Below, in pieces: positions 49,173-57,528 of a DNA stretch of 64,000 bases. Position 1 is the stretch's first letter; every line of letters starts with the position of its first letter. The notes under the pieces are model-generated. The model did not search any database. It was not told where the DNA came from and was given only the letters and a program-made list of their open reading frames with translations. The stretch spans positions 10,697 through 74,696 of the forward strand of contig ONHU01000002.1 of assembly GCA_900317675.1 (NCBI GenBank), written 5' to 3'. A program made the position numbers and the translations under genes. The DNA comes from an uncultured Eubacteriales bacterium (lineage in GTDB: Bacteria > Bacillota > Clostridia > Peptostreptococcales > Anaerovoracaceae).

Positions 49173-49964
49173 ATGAAATATTATGGCGGCTGTGATGTAG
49201 GTTCAACTTATACAAAGGCAGTTATTCTTGATGAGGACGGCAAGATGGTAGCTGATACCACTATCAAGAGCAAGATCAATTCAGAGGCAAGCGCAAAACT
49301 TGCTATGGATGAGGTTCTCGGCAAGGTTGGCCTCAAGTCCTCAAAGGAACTCGCTTACCTCATCGGAACAGGTTACGGACGTAACAAGGTTCCTTTCGCT
49401 GACGAAAACATCTCCGAGATTTCCTGCCACGCTATGGGCGTTCACGTAACAGACCCATCCGTAAAGGCTATCATCGATATCGGCGGACAGGACGTTAAGG
49501 GTATCGCAGTTGATACTGACGGAACAGTTAAGAACTTCGCTATGAATGATAAGTGCGCAGCCGGAACGGGCAGATTCTACGAAGCAATGGCAAGATCCTT
49601 CGAAATGACTCTTCCTGAGTTCTCAAAGCTCTCACTGACAGCTAAGAACGTAATTCCTATCACTGCACAGTGCACAGTATTCGCAGAGTCCGAGGTTATC
49701 ACTCTCGTAGGCGAAAACAAGCCAATGGACGAGATCGCTGCTGGAATCCAGATGGCTGTAGCTAAGAGATGCTTCGTAATGGCTAAGAAGGCCGGCGCTA
49801 CTGACTCCATCACACTGACAGGCGGATGCGCTAAGAACGACGGACTCAAGGACGCGATCGAGCACGTACTCAAGCTCAAGGTCATCAACCTCAAGACTGA
49901 CCCGCAGCTGATGGGAGCACTTGGTGCTGCTGAATTCGCTCGCCAGAAGGGACAGGCAAAGTAG
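49173..49964 (+). CDS. HgdC/BcrAD/BadFG-type activating ATPase (archerase) of radical dehydratases/reductases
   Basis: 263 aa. GCDVGSTYTKAVILDEDG, DIGGQDVKG, NDKCAAGTGRF, AQCTVFAESEV, LTGGCAKN. Single-domain, homodimer-type. Confidence 0.88.
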   Translation: MKYYGGCDVGSTYTKAVILDEDGKMVADTTIKSKINSEASAKLAMDEVLGKVGLKSSKELAYLIGTGYGRNKVPFADENISEISCHAMGVHVTDPSVKAIIDIGGQDVKGIAVDTDGTVKNFAMNDKCAAGTGRFYEAMARSFEMTLPEFSKLSLTAKNVIPITAQCTVFAESEVITLVGENKPMDEIAAGIQMAVAKRCFVMAKKAGATDSITLTGGCAKNDGLKDAIEHVLKLKVINLKTDPQLMGALGAAEFARQKGQAK

Positions 49965-50037
49965 TCCGCCGGGGCTATATCAGACAGATCCGTTCTGCAG
50001 ACTAAACCGCAGACGGAAGAACTGAAAGGAGCACAAC

Positions 50038-50220
50038 ATGGCAAAAAAGAAAAAATGTCCTGTATGCAGGGTAGTCGGCACAACAGTCAAGATCGGCTGC
50101 ATCGCAACAGGCGCACTCTTTACGGTCTATATGCTCAACCTCGACCAGAAGCTGCTCGCCTGGTCATATGCAAGAGTCAATGAGATCTTCGACCGTAAAC
50201 CGGTAGACATCAAGTTCTAA
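50038..50220 (+). CDS. Small single-pass membrane protein, homolog of 42835-43065
   Basis: 60 aa. GGAG RBS 6 nt upstream. MAKKKKCPVCRVVGTTVKIGCIATGALFTVYMLNLDQKLLAW. Confidence 0.5.
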   Translation: MAKKKKCPVCRVVGTTVKIGCIATGALFTVYMLNLDQKLLAWSYARVNEIFDRKPVDIKF

Positions 50221-50239
50221 AATTCTTAATCATGCATAG

Positions 50240-50269
50240 GCGCCCTCACGTTTACAGGCGTGAGGGCGC
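50240..50269 (+). terminator. Strong hairpin after the activase operon (no U-tract)
   Basis: GCGCCCTCACG-tttacagg-CGTGAGGGCGC, an 11-bp perfect stem. Confidence 0.45.
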
Positions 50270-50773
50270 TAATATAATAGAAATTATTGCAGTGATCAAT
50301 AATGTGCAATGAGCGGGTACCGGAATAAGCAGGTCAGCTTGCGGGATATCACGGCACAAAAGCAGTTTGCGAAAAGATTGTACATGAAAAGCCGGAAATG
50401 ACGCTTCTGTGTACAATACTTTGCAGCCGGAACCGGGCTGCCGGGGTGAAAGAGAAGAATCACATTCCAACTAAGGAGTTTTTTGCCCGTATAAGGGCAT
50501 GATAGAGCGATTATCAGCTGTTATTATGTGAAAAGCAGAAATTATAATGCATTAATGCTCTGAAAACAGATAAGCAGAGAGATTTATTGTACATATCAAG
50601 GGCTTTTTCGCCGTTTCATGTACAGTTTTCAATAAAAGTCCGCTGCACGCAATGCAGAAGTGATGTGAACCGATGGCTCGGCATACCAGCCGGCGGTGCG
50701 GAACATCAAAACGAAGAAGCGGACAGATAATGTTAAGATCGATGTATCGACGAGATAATAAAGAGGGATAATA

Positions 50774-51511
50774 ATGGAACTGTATAATTCTATAATCGAC
50801 AAGATCGACGGCCTGCTTGGCAGTTCTGCGCCAAGACGCTATGACTATGACCCTGATAAAACCTGGGAGGATGTAGGCGGCAACCAGCTCGTCATGCTCA
50901 AAGAGTCCGCGTACGAGCTCGGCGGGGATAACAAGCCTGCAGTCAACTACGCCTGTGTCACATCAGGTGACTATGTGGACAAGGATGAGATCCTGGTATA
51001 CGGAAGAGACCTCAGAGAGATCAGAGGAAGCGTTCCTTTTGCCAGAATCGCGATCATTAAGGTCAGTGATCTCGCCGGAGAGAATGAGGAGGATACCGAA
51101 CCGCTCTTCAGAGCGATCCAGGATATCGACTTTGTAAAATATCACGTATATCCTAAGGGCTATATGATCAGATCATCTTCTGACAGTTTCCGTGAGCAGG
51201 TAAGAGTATCTAAGGAAGCAGTCAGGAAGGGCATCACGTTTGAGCAGGTCGGAAACTCCTATATCACTCAGTTCAAAAAGAATCCCGACGTCCTTGCAGT
51301 AAAGCTTATCTTCGCTACAGTGGATGACGCGGATTATGCTGAGATGAAGAAGGATGCCAAAAAAGTCAGAGACATCACCAAGACTCTGTCCAAGATCCTC
51401 GAAGGAATGGCGACAGACTGCCACAGCTGCAGCCTCAAAGAGATCTGCGATGAAGTTGAAGGACTCAAGGAACTCCACTTCGGAAAAGAAAAGAAAGAAT
51501 TCAAAGGATAA
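50774..51511 (+). CDS. Stand-alone protein probably related to the central region of acetyl-CoA synthase (AcsB/CdhC), ending in CxxCx5C
   Basis: 245 aa. LKESAYELGG..., VRVSKEAVRKGITFEQVGNSYITQFKK and the terminal DCHSCSLKEIC resemble my recollection of the ACS segment preceding the A-cluster domain. No CGCF A-cluster motif. Confidence 0.5.
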   Translation: MELYNSIIDKIDGLLGSSAPRRYDYDPDKTWEDVGGNQLVMLKESAYELGGDNKPAVNYACVTSGDYVDKDEILVYGRDLREIRGSVPFARIAIIKVSDLAGENEEDTEPLFRAIQDIDFVKYHVYPKGYMIRSSSDSFREQVRVSKEAVRKGITFEQVGNSYITQFKKNPDVLAVKLIFATVDDADYAEMKKDAKKVRDITKTLSKILEGMATDCHSCSLKEICDEVEGLKELHFGKEKKEFKG

Positions 51512-51655
51512 TTTTTTGATAAAACCCTTGAAATAATGCAGTTTGAGTGATATATTTATCGAGCTGTCGCTTTGACGGACATCATCTGCTGATGAGTGTG
51601 TACAGCGGGGCAGCGAAGAAACGTTTCTATATAAATTACAGAAAGAGGTACCAAC

Positions 51656-51853
51656 ATGAAGGAAGGAATCCATCCTGATTATAAGGAATGTAAAGTTACT
51701 TGCGCATGTGGGAATACATTCACAACTCTCTCCAACAAGGACGAGATGAGAGTAGACATCTGCAGTGAGTGCCACCCATTCTTCACAGGCCAGCAGAAGT
51801 TTGCTAACAGAGGCGGCCGTGTTGAGAAGTTCAAGAACAAGTACAACCTGTAA
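51656..51853 (+). CDS. rpmE: 50S ribosomal protein L31 (Zn-ribbon type)
   Basis: 65 aa. [10 protein letters not shown]-x-C and [10 protein letters not shown]. Confidence 0.92.
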   Translation: MKEGIHPDYKECKVTCACGNTFTTLSNKDEMRVDICSECHPFFTGQQKFANRGGRVEKFKNKYNL

Positions 51854-51870
51854 TCAACACAGAACAAAAG

Positions 51871-51905
51871 GAGACCGGAGCAAATTGCTCCGGTCTTGTT
51901 GTTTA
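51871..51905. terminator. Bidirectional terminator shared by rpmE and argF
   Basis: AGACCGGAGC-aaatt-GCTCCGGTCT with T-rich flanks on both strands. Confidence 0.7.
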
Positions 51906-51922
51906 TTGCAGACTTACGATTA

Positions 51923-52927
51923 TCAGCTCAGGTCTCCGATGGTGGCGACTACGACTGCTTTGATGGAGTGAAGCCGGTTCTCTGCCTCGTCGAATACCAC
52001 GGAATTCTTTCCGGAGAACACTTCCTCAGTTACTTCACGTATGTCGTATCCGAGAGCCATCTGCTCCGCTGCCATGGTTGTCCTGAAATCATGGAAAGAC
52101 GGCAGACAGTGCATGAAGAGGCAATCAGGGTTTCCGGTCTGTGCCATCATCTCTTCTGTGACCTTGAAAGGAGAGAGGAGACGGACTCTCTCAGGGATCT
52201 GATCTTCCTCTCCCATTGAAGCCCAGATATCGGTATAGATGACATCCGCACCCTCAAGACAGGAAGGATCGGAGCTGACAACGATCTCGGCGCCTGTCTC
52301 TGCTGCGACGGCGCTTACCTTGGCAAGCACATCGCTGTCGACCTGCTCTGCGAGCTCGGCAGGACCATATGCGGCAAATTTCATACCCATCTTGGCACAT
52401 CCGTACATCCACGCGTAGGACATATTGTTTCTGATATCTCCGACAAATACGACTTTGACTTCGCTGAGAGGCTTGTCGATATGCTCTTCTATCGTGAGAA
52501 TATCGGCAAGGATCTGCGTAGGATGATCGACATCCGTAAGCCCGTTCCATACAGGCACGCCGGCATTGGCAGCGAGCTCTTCGACGACCTCCTGACTGTA
52601 GCCTCTGTATTCGATCCCATCGTAAAAGCGGCCGAGCACTTTGGCAGTATCTGCGATGCTTTCCTTCTTGCCCATCTGCGAACTCTTCGGATCGAGATAG
52701 GTAGCTCCGCCGCCTTCATCCAAAGCTGCGACCTCAAAAGAGCAGCGGGTTCTCGTCGAAGTCTTTTCGAACAGCAGAACTATATTCCTGCCGGTGAGAG
52801 CAGTTCCCTTTATCCCGGATTTTTTCTTTGCCTTCAGATCGTGAGCAAGGTCAAGCAGGTACCTGATTTCCTCCGGTGTAAAATCCATTAGTGTAAGGAA
52901 GCTTCTTCCTTTCAGATCGATCTTCAT
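51923..52927 (-). CDS. argF: Ornithine carbamoyltransferase
   Basis: 334 aa. STRTRCSFE, HPTQILAD, DIWASMGEE, HCLP. Confidence 0.9.
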   Translation of the reverse strand: MKIDLKGRSFLTLMDFTPEEIRYLLDLAHDLKAKKKSGIKGTALTGRNIVLLFEKTSTRTRCSFEVAALDEGGGATYLDPKSSQMGKKESIADTAKVLGRFYDGIEYRGYSQEVVEELAANAGVPVWNGLTDVDHPTQILADILTIEEHIDKPLSEVKVVFVGDIRNNMSYAWMYGCAKMGMKFAAYGPAELAEQVDSDVLAKVSAVAAETGAEIVVSSDPSCLEGADVIYTDIWASMGEEDQIPERVRLLSPFKVTEEMMAQTGNPDCLFMHCLPSFHDFRTTMAAEQMALGYDIREVTEEVFSGKNSVVFDEAENRLHSIKAVVVATIGDLS

Positions 52928-52996
52928 AATCTCTTAACTCCCGTGTTATCATAACTGCCGGAATTCCGGCAGGGCTTGGCTCAGGTTTATATTATG

Positions 52997-54172
52997 TCAG
53001 TCCAGTACTTTTTTCAGGACGGCTATCGCTCCATCGAGCTCTGCGTCGCTTATCGTCAGAGGAGGCAGAAGTCTCAGGCGGTCCTGCGCAGGTATAGCAA
53101 GAGCACCTTCTTCCATCAGGCGGCTGACAGCCTCGTTTCCGCTCATGTCCTTAAGGTCGATGCCTACCATCATGCCGAGTCCGTCAAGACCGCTTACAGA
53201 CTTCATGTCTGAAAGAGCGCTCCTGAGGCGGGCTGCTTTTGCTCTTAATGTTTCGAGGAAAGCCTCATCCAGAGTATCGAGCACGACGCACGCTCCCGCG
53301 CAGGCGACAGGATTCATGCCAAAAGTCGAACCGTGATCTCCCGGGACCAGTACGTCACAGGTCTTAGGACTGCAGATGATGCCGCCTATCGGAAGACCGG
53401 CGCCGATGCCTTTGGCAAAAGACACGATATCCGGTATTATATCATACTGCTCAAAAGCGAAGAGGGTCCCGGTGCGCCCGATGCCCGCCTGGACTTCATC
53501 GTCTATGAAGAGGATGTCCTTGTCTTTGCACAGCCCGGCGGCAGCAGAGACAAAGGCCCTGTCAAGCGCGTGCACTCCGCCTTCTCCCTGGACAAGCTCC
53601 ATCAGGAAGGCGCATGGATCGTACTTAGCTGTAAGCTCTTCGAGCTGAGCGATATTATCTACCTCTGCATGGATAAATCCCGGAGCGAGAGGGGCGAAGA
53701 CCTCCTGCGCCTCAGCTAGACCTGTCGCTGTAACAGTAGCGATGGTCCTTCCGTGGAAAGATTTCTTCAGCGAGATGATCGTATTCTTCCTGTGGTCAGC
53801 AAGGGTGTTTCCGTACTTTCTTGCTGTCTTGATCGCGGCTTCGTTAGCCTCGCCGCCGGAATTAGCGAACCAGACCTTGCTGAGTCCGCTTCTCTTCACG
53901 AGCTTCTCCGCAAGCATCACACCCGGTTCAGAATAATACAGATTGGATGTATGCTGCACCTTGTGAAGCTGCGCAGTCACTGCCTCAAGCCATGCGTCAT
54001 TGCCGTAACCTAGAGAATTTGCCCCGTAGCCGCTGCACAGATCATAGTACTTCCGGCCGTTCACATCAGTCAGAACAGCGCCCTCTGCATGATCGATCAC
54101 GATGTCGTAGCGGTTATAAGTATGGACGATATACTTCAGATCGTTTTCTTTAAGCTGGGTGCGGTCCATCAT
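52997..54172 (-). CDS. argD: Acetylornithine aminotransferase (class III PLP)
   Basis: 391 aa. DEVQAGIGRTG, SFAKGIGAGLPIG. Located within the arg operon. Confidence 0.85.
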   Translation of the reverse strand: MMDRTQLKENDLKYIVHTYNRYDIVIDHAEGAVLTDVNGRKYYDLCSGYGANSLGYGNDAWLEAVTAQLHKVQHTSNLYYSEPGVMLAEKLVKRSGLSKVWFANSGGEANEAAIKTARKYGNTLADHRKNTIISLKKSFHGRTIATVTATGLAEAQEVFAPLAPGFIHAEVDNIAQLEELTAKYDPCAFLMELVQGEGGVHALDRAFVSAAAGLCKDKDILFIDDEVQAGIGRTGTLFAFEQYDIIPDIVSFAKGIGAGLPIGGIICSPKTCDVLVPGDHGSTFGMNPVACAGACVVLDTLDEAFLETLRAKAARLRSALSDMKSVSGLDGLGMMVGIDLKDMSGNEAVSRLMEEGALAIPAQDRLRLLPPLTISDAELDGAIAVLKKVLD

Positions 54173-55068
54173 AAGCTGCTCCCTTCTTTGTAATATCTCT
54201 CGCCGTCCTTGAGGATCACAGTTCCGACACCTCTGTCGGTGAAGATCTCAAGCAGGAGACAGTGAGGAATGCTGCCGTTAAGAATGTGTACTCTGTTGAC
54301 TCCGCTCTCAACGGAATGGATGCAGTTGCGGATCTTAGGAATCATGCCTCCTGAGATAGTACCTTTCTCGATCAGCTGCTCCGCTTCAGCGATGCTCAGT
54401 TCGGAGATAAAAGAATCCGGGTCATCAGGATCCATATATACTCCTGAAGTATCCGTCAGGAACGTAAGCTTGTCAGCCTGGAGTGCCTGCGCGATCTCTG
54501 CCGCGGCGTGATCTCCGTTGATGTTGTAAGAGTGTCCGCTCTCGTCCATTCCGATCGGATAGATAATAGGCAGGAAATCGTTGGCAAGCAGATCCATGAT
54601 GATCTTGGTATCTACATTCGTGATCTCCCCGACATATCCGATATCCAGTCCCTGCGGCGAAGCCTTGCGGACTGTGAGGAGTCTGCCGTCCTTACCGGAG
54701 ATCCCGCATGCGCGGACACCGAGCTGCTGTGCCAGCGTGACCAGATCGCTGTTGACCTTGCCAAGAACCATTTCCGCGATCTCAAGTGTATCCGCATCCG
54801 TCACTCGAAGTCCTTCGATAAAATTCGGTTCGATACCGGTCTTGCGCATCCAGCTGCTGATCTCTTTGCCGCCGCCGTGTACGATCACAGGCTTGAAGCC
54901 TACGAGCTTGAGCAGGACAGCGTCTTCGATCACATGCTTCATCAGCTCGTCATCAAGCATAGCGCTTCCGCCGTACTTGATTACGATGATCTTGCGGTTG
55001 AATCTCTGTATATATGGCAGCGCCTCGATGAGGACGCTGGCTTTTTCCATGTATTTCTGATTTACCAT
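54169..55068 (-). CDS. argB: Acetylglutamate kinase
   Basis: 299 aa. IVIKYGGSAM, VIVHGGG, INGDHAAAEIA. Confidence 0.9.
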   Translation of the reverse strand: MVNQKYMEKASVLIEALPYIQRFNRKIIVIKYGGSAMLDDELMKHVIEDAVLLKLVGFKPVIVHGGGKEISSWMRKTGIEPNFIEGLRVTDADTLEIAEMVLGKVNSDLVTLAQQLGVRACGISGKDGRLLTVRKASPQGLDIGYVGEITNVDTKIIMDLLANDFLPIIYPIGMDESGHSYNINGDHAAAEIAQALQADKLTFLTDTSGVYMDPDDPDSFISELSIAEAEQLIEKGTISGGMIPKIRNCIHSVESGVNRVHILNGSIPHCLLLEIFTDRGVGTVILKDGERYYKEGSSL

Positions 55069-55104
55069 TCTGTTACTTCCTTTTCAGTCCTGTTTTCTGA
55101 CGTC

Positions 55105-56322
55105 CTATGAACGATAGGATCCGTTGATCTTCACATAGTCGTATGTAAGATCACATCCCCATGCGTATGCGTCCGCATCTCCGTCATGCAGATCGACTTC
55201 GACTGTGACGTGTTTCTTCGAAAGGATCTCGGTCGCAAAATCATCGTCGAACGGGATCGATGCAGAGGCTTTGCATACAAGGACTTCTCCGGCCTCTGAT
55301 TTGACGGACACATCGATATCCGAAACATCGAACTCAGCATCGGTATAGCCGATCGCGCAGAGGATGCGGCCCCAGTTCGCGTCAGAGGCGAAGACGGCAG
55401 CCTTGAAAAGCGAAGAGCAGATGATGCTCTTGGAGACGAGTCTTGCGGTCTCCTTGTCAGGCGCGCCTGACACATGCGCTTCGAGAAGCTTTGTGCATCC
55501 CTCGCCGTCGCCGGCGATCATTTTCGAAAGCTCTACAGCAACGACATGAAGAGCCTCGCAGAAAGTCTTGTAGTCTTCGTCTGTTTCGGTGATCTCAGGA
55601 TTGCCGGCAAGTCCGTTTGCGATCACTACGACAGTGTCATTGGTGGAAGAGTCACCGTCAACACTTACCTGGTTGTAGCTGTCTGCGATCTCATCGTGAA
55701 GAGCCTTGCTGACAAGCTCCTTGCTGATCGCGCAGTCAGTTGAGATAAAACTCAGCATTGTGCCCATGTTGATATGGATCATACCGCTTCCCTTGGCGAT
55801 CCCGCCGAGCGTGCAGGTCTTGCCGCCGGTTTCGAACTGAACGGCGTATTCCTTGATATATGTATCTGTTGTGAGGATCGCAAGCGCTGCGTCCGCTGAT
55901 CCGTCAGCAGAAAGAGAGCTGACCAGAGCCGGCATCGAATCTTCGAAAGGCTTGATCGGAAGCGGCACGCCGATGACGCCTGTAGCTGCAGGCAAAACAT
56001 CTTCGCTTTTGATGCCGAGGCATTTTGCAGCGATCGCGGTAGCTGCTTCAGCGACTTCCTCGCCGTCAGGCGTGCATGTGTTAGCGTTTCCGCTGTTGCA
56101 GAGAATGGCCTGAGCCACGCCGTCTGCGATGTGTCTTCTGGTGACAGCTATATGAGCCGCTTTGACTTTGTTTTTGGTATATACGGCAGCGGCATTTCCC
56201 GGAACTTCACTTACGATGAGAGCAAGATCTGTCTTGTCCGCATTATTTCTGATACCGCTGTAAACTCCTCCTGCTTTGAATCCCTTAGCTGCGGTGACTC
56301 CGCCGCTGATGACTTTTATCAT
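55105..56322 (-). CDS. argJ: Bifunctional ornithine acetyltransferase / N-acetylglutamate synthase
   Basis: 405 aa. GVTAAKGFKAGG, autoprocessing region HINMGTMLSFISTD, C-terminal YVKINGSYRS. Confidence 0.9.
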   Translation of the reverse strand: MIKVISGGVTAAKGFKAGGVYSGIRNNADKTDLALIVSEVPGNAAAVYTKNKVKAAHIAVTRRHIADGVAQAILCNSGNANTCTPDGEEVAEAATAIAAKCLGIKSEDVLPAATGVIGVPLPIKPFEDSMPALVSSLSADGSADAALAILTTDTYIKEYAVQFETGGKTCTLGGIAKGSGMIHINMGTMLSFISTDCAISKELVSKALHDEIADSYNQVSVDGDSSTNDTVVVIANGLAGNPEITETDEDYKTFCEALHVVAVELSKMIAGDGEGCTKLLEAHVSGAPDKETARLVSKSIICSSLFKAAVFASDANWGRILCAIGYTDAEFDVSDIDVSVKSEAGEVLVCKASASIPFDDDFATEILSKKHVTVEVDLHDGDADAYAWGCDLTYDYVKINGSYRS

Positions 56323-56346
56323 TACTGTTCCCCCTTTTCTTCAATA

Positions 56347-57276
56347 TTATATAAGGCCTGTTGTCTCTTCCCTGCCGAGCATAATGTTCAGATTCTGCAG
56401 AGCGGCGCCGGAAGCGCCTTTCCCCAGGTTGTCATATTCTGCCATCAGCAGGATCCGTTCGTCATTGCCGGATACATACAGAGCCATCGAAGCCGATCCG
56501 GAGAGACGGTCAGAATACATGAAACCGCCGGGCGGATCTGTGTCTTTTACTGTTATAAGAGGCTCACCGGCATATCTGCATCTGAGCACTTCGCGAATGT
56601 CGTCTGCTGAAGCCTTCGTCTCAAACTGAGAAGCGTGGAGCTGGACGGTCATGACCATGCCGCTGTAGAAATCACCTACGACCGGACTGAAGCACGGTTC
56701 GTATGTAAGGCCGGTCATCGCGACCATCTCAGGTAGATGCTTGTGACTCTGTGTGAGCGCGTACTGCGCAGGCGAGTCAAGTTCAGACGGTCTGGCCGGA
56801 TCTTCATAGCGCGCGATCATTGACTTTCCTCCGCCTGAGTAGCCGGTCACGCAGAAGCAGCTGAGAAGAGCGTCTTTTCCGATGATCCCGGCATCAACAA
56901 GCGGTCTTGTCAGAAGGATGAAACCGCTGGCATGACATCCCGGGTTGGCGACTCTGGTGCTGTTGCGGATCAGATCCCTCTGTCCGGGAGCCAGCTCCGG
57001 CATCCCGTAGGTCCAGCCTTTGCTTGTGCGGTGGCGGCTGGAAGTATCGATCAGCGCTGCATCCTTCGGCGCAAGAAGAGCGATCTCTTCGGATGCCTTG
57101 TCCGGAAGACACAGGATACTGACATCAGCTTCACTGATCATTTCAAGGCGCTTTTCTGTGTTTTTTCTATCCGCAGGATCGATGGCGAGCAGGTTTATCT
57201 CAGGATCATTACATAAATATTCACTGATCCTCAGCCCTGTCGTGCCGTGACCCCCATCGACAAAGACCTTATACAA
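56347..57276 (-). CDS. argC: N-acetyl-gamma-glutamyl-phosphate reductase (short type)
   Basis: About 310 aa from the TTG at 57276, 7 nt after GGAGGA. (M)YKVFVDGGHGTTGLRI, PGCHASG active-site Cys. The ORF-track start at 57345 was rejected. Confidence 0.85.
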   Translation of the reverse strand: MYKVFVDGGHGTTGLRISEYLCNDPEINLLAIDPADRKNTEKRLEMISEADVSILCLPDKASEEIALLAPKDAALIDTSSRHRTSKGWTYGMPELAPGQRDLIRNSTRVANPGCHASGFILLTRPLVDAGIIGKDALLSCFCVTGYSGGGKSMIARYEDPARPSELDSPAQYALTQSHKHLPEMVAMTGLTYEPCFSPVVGDFYSGMVMTVQLHASQFETKASADDIREVLRCRYAGEPLITVKDTDPPGGFMYSDRLSGSASMALYVSGNDERILLMAEYDNLGKGASGAALQNLNIMLGREETTGLI

Positions 57277-57344
57277 CTTGTGATCCTCCGTATTTTTCAA
57301 CAATATAGTTAGGACAATAATAGGGGAAATATATAACGGATGCA

Positions 57345-57370
57345 AGCATATTTATACATTTTTTTGTATA
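57345..57370. promoter_or_regulatory. Candidate ArgR (ARG-box-like) operator upstream of argC
   Basis: The minus strand reads TGTATAAATATGCT overlapping the 18-bp palindrome TATACA-N6-TGTATA. AT-rich, about 70-95 nt upstream of the argC start. Confidence 0.3.
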
Positions 57371-57528
57371 AAATATAGTGCTGCACACAGATCCTCCCGG
57401 ATACCATGCGTCCGAAGCGGTCTTCAGGACAAGAAAAAACAAGAAGAATATGTGAATTGCTGTATCAAATGACATTTTTTGTGTATAATAAATTGGTTTG
57501 GAATGAGAACAGAAAGGTAATAAGAATA

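Noticed and set aside
50252-50470. 72-aa minus-strand ORF in the long intergenic region.
   Set aside because: It has no RBS and overlaps the operon-terminal hairpin. Its sequence is Leu/Pro/Ser/Cys-rich with no motif.
31937-51655. The accessory island as a mobile element (ICE, prophage or transposon).
   Set aside because: No integrase, transposase, recombinase, tRNA attachment site or terminal inverted or direct repeats were found. The apparent GC content and RBS style resemble the flanks. It is reported only as a synteny break.
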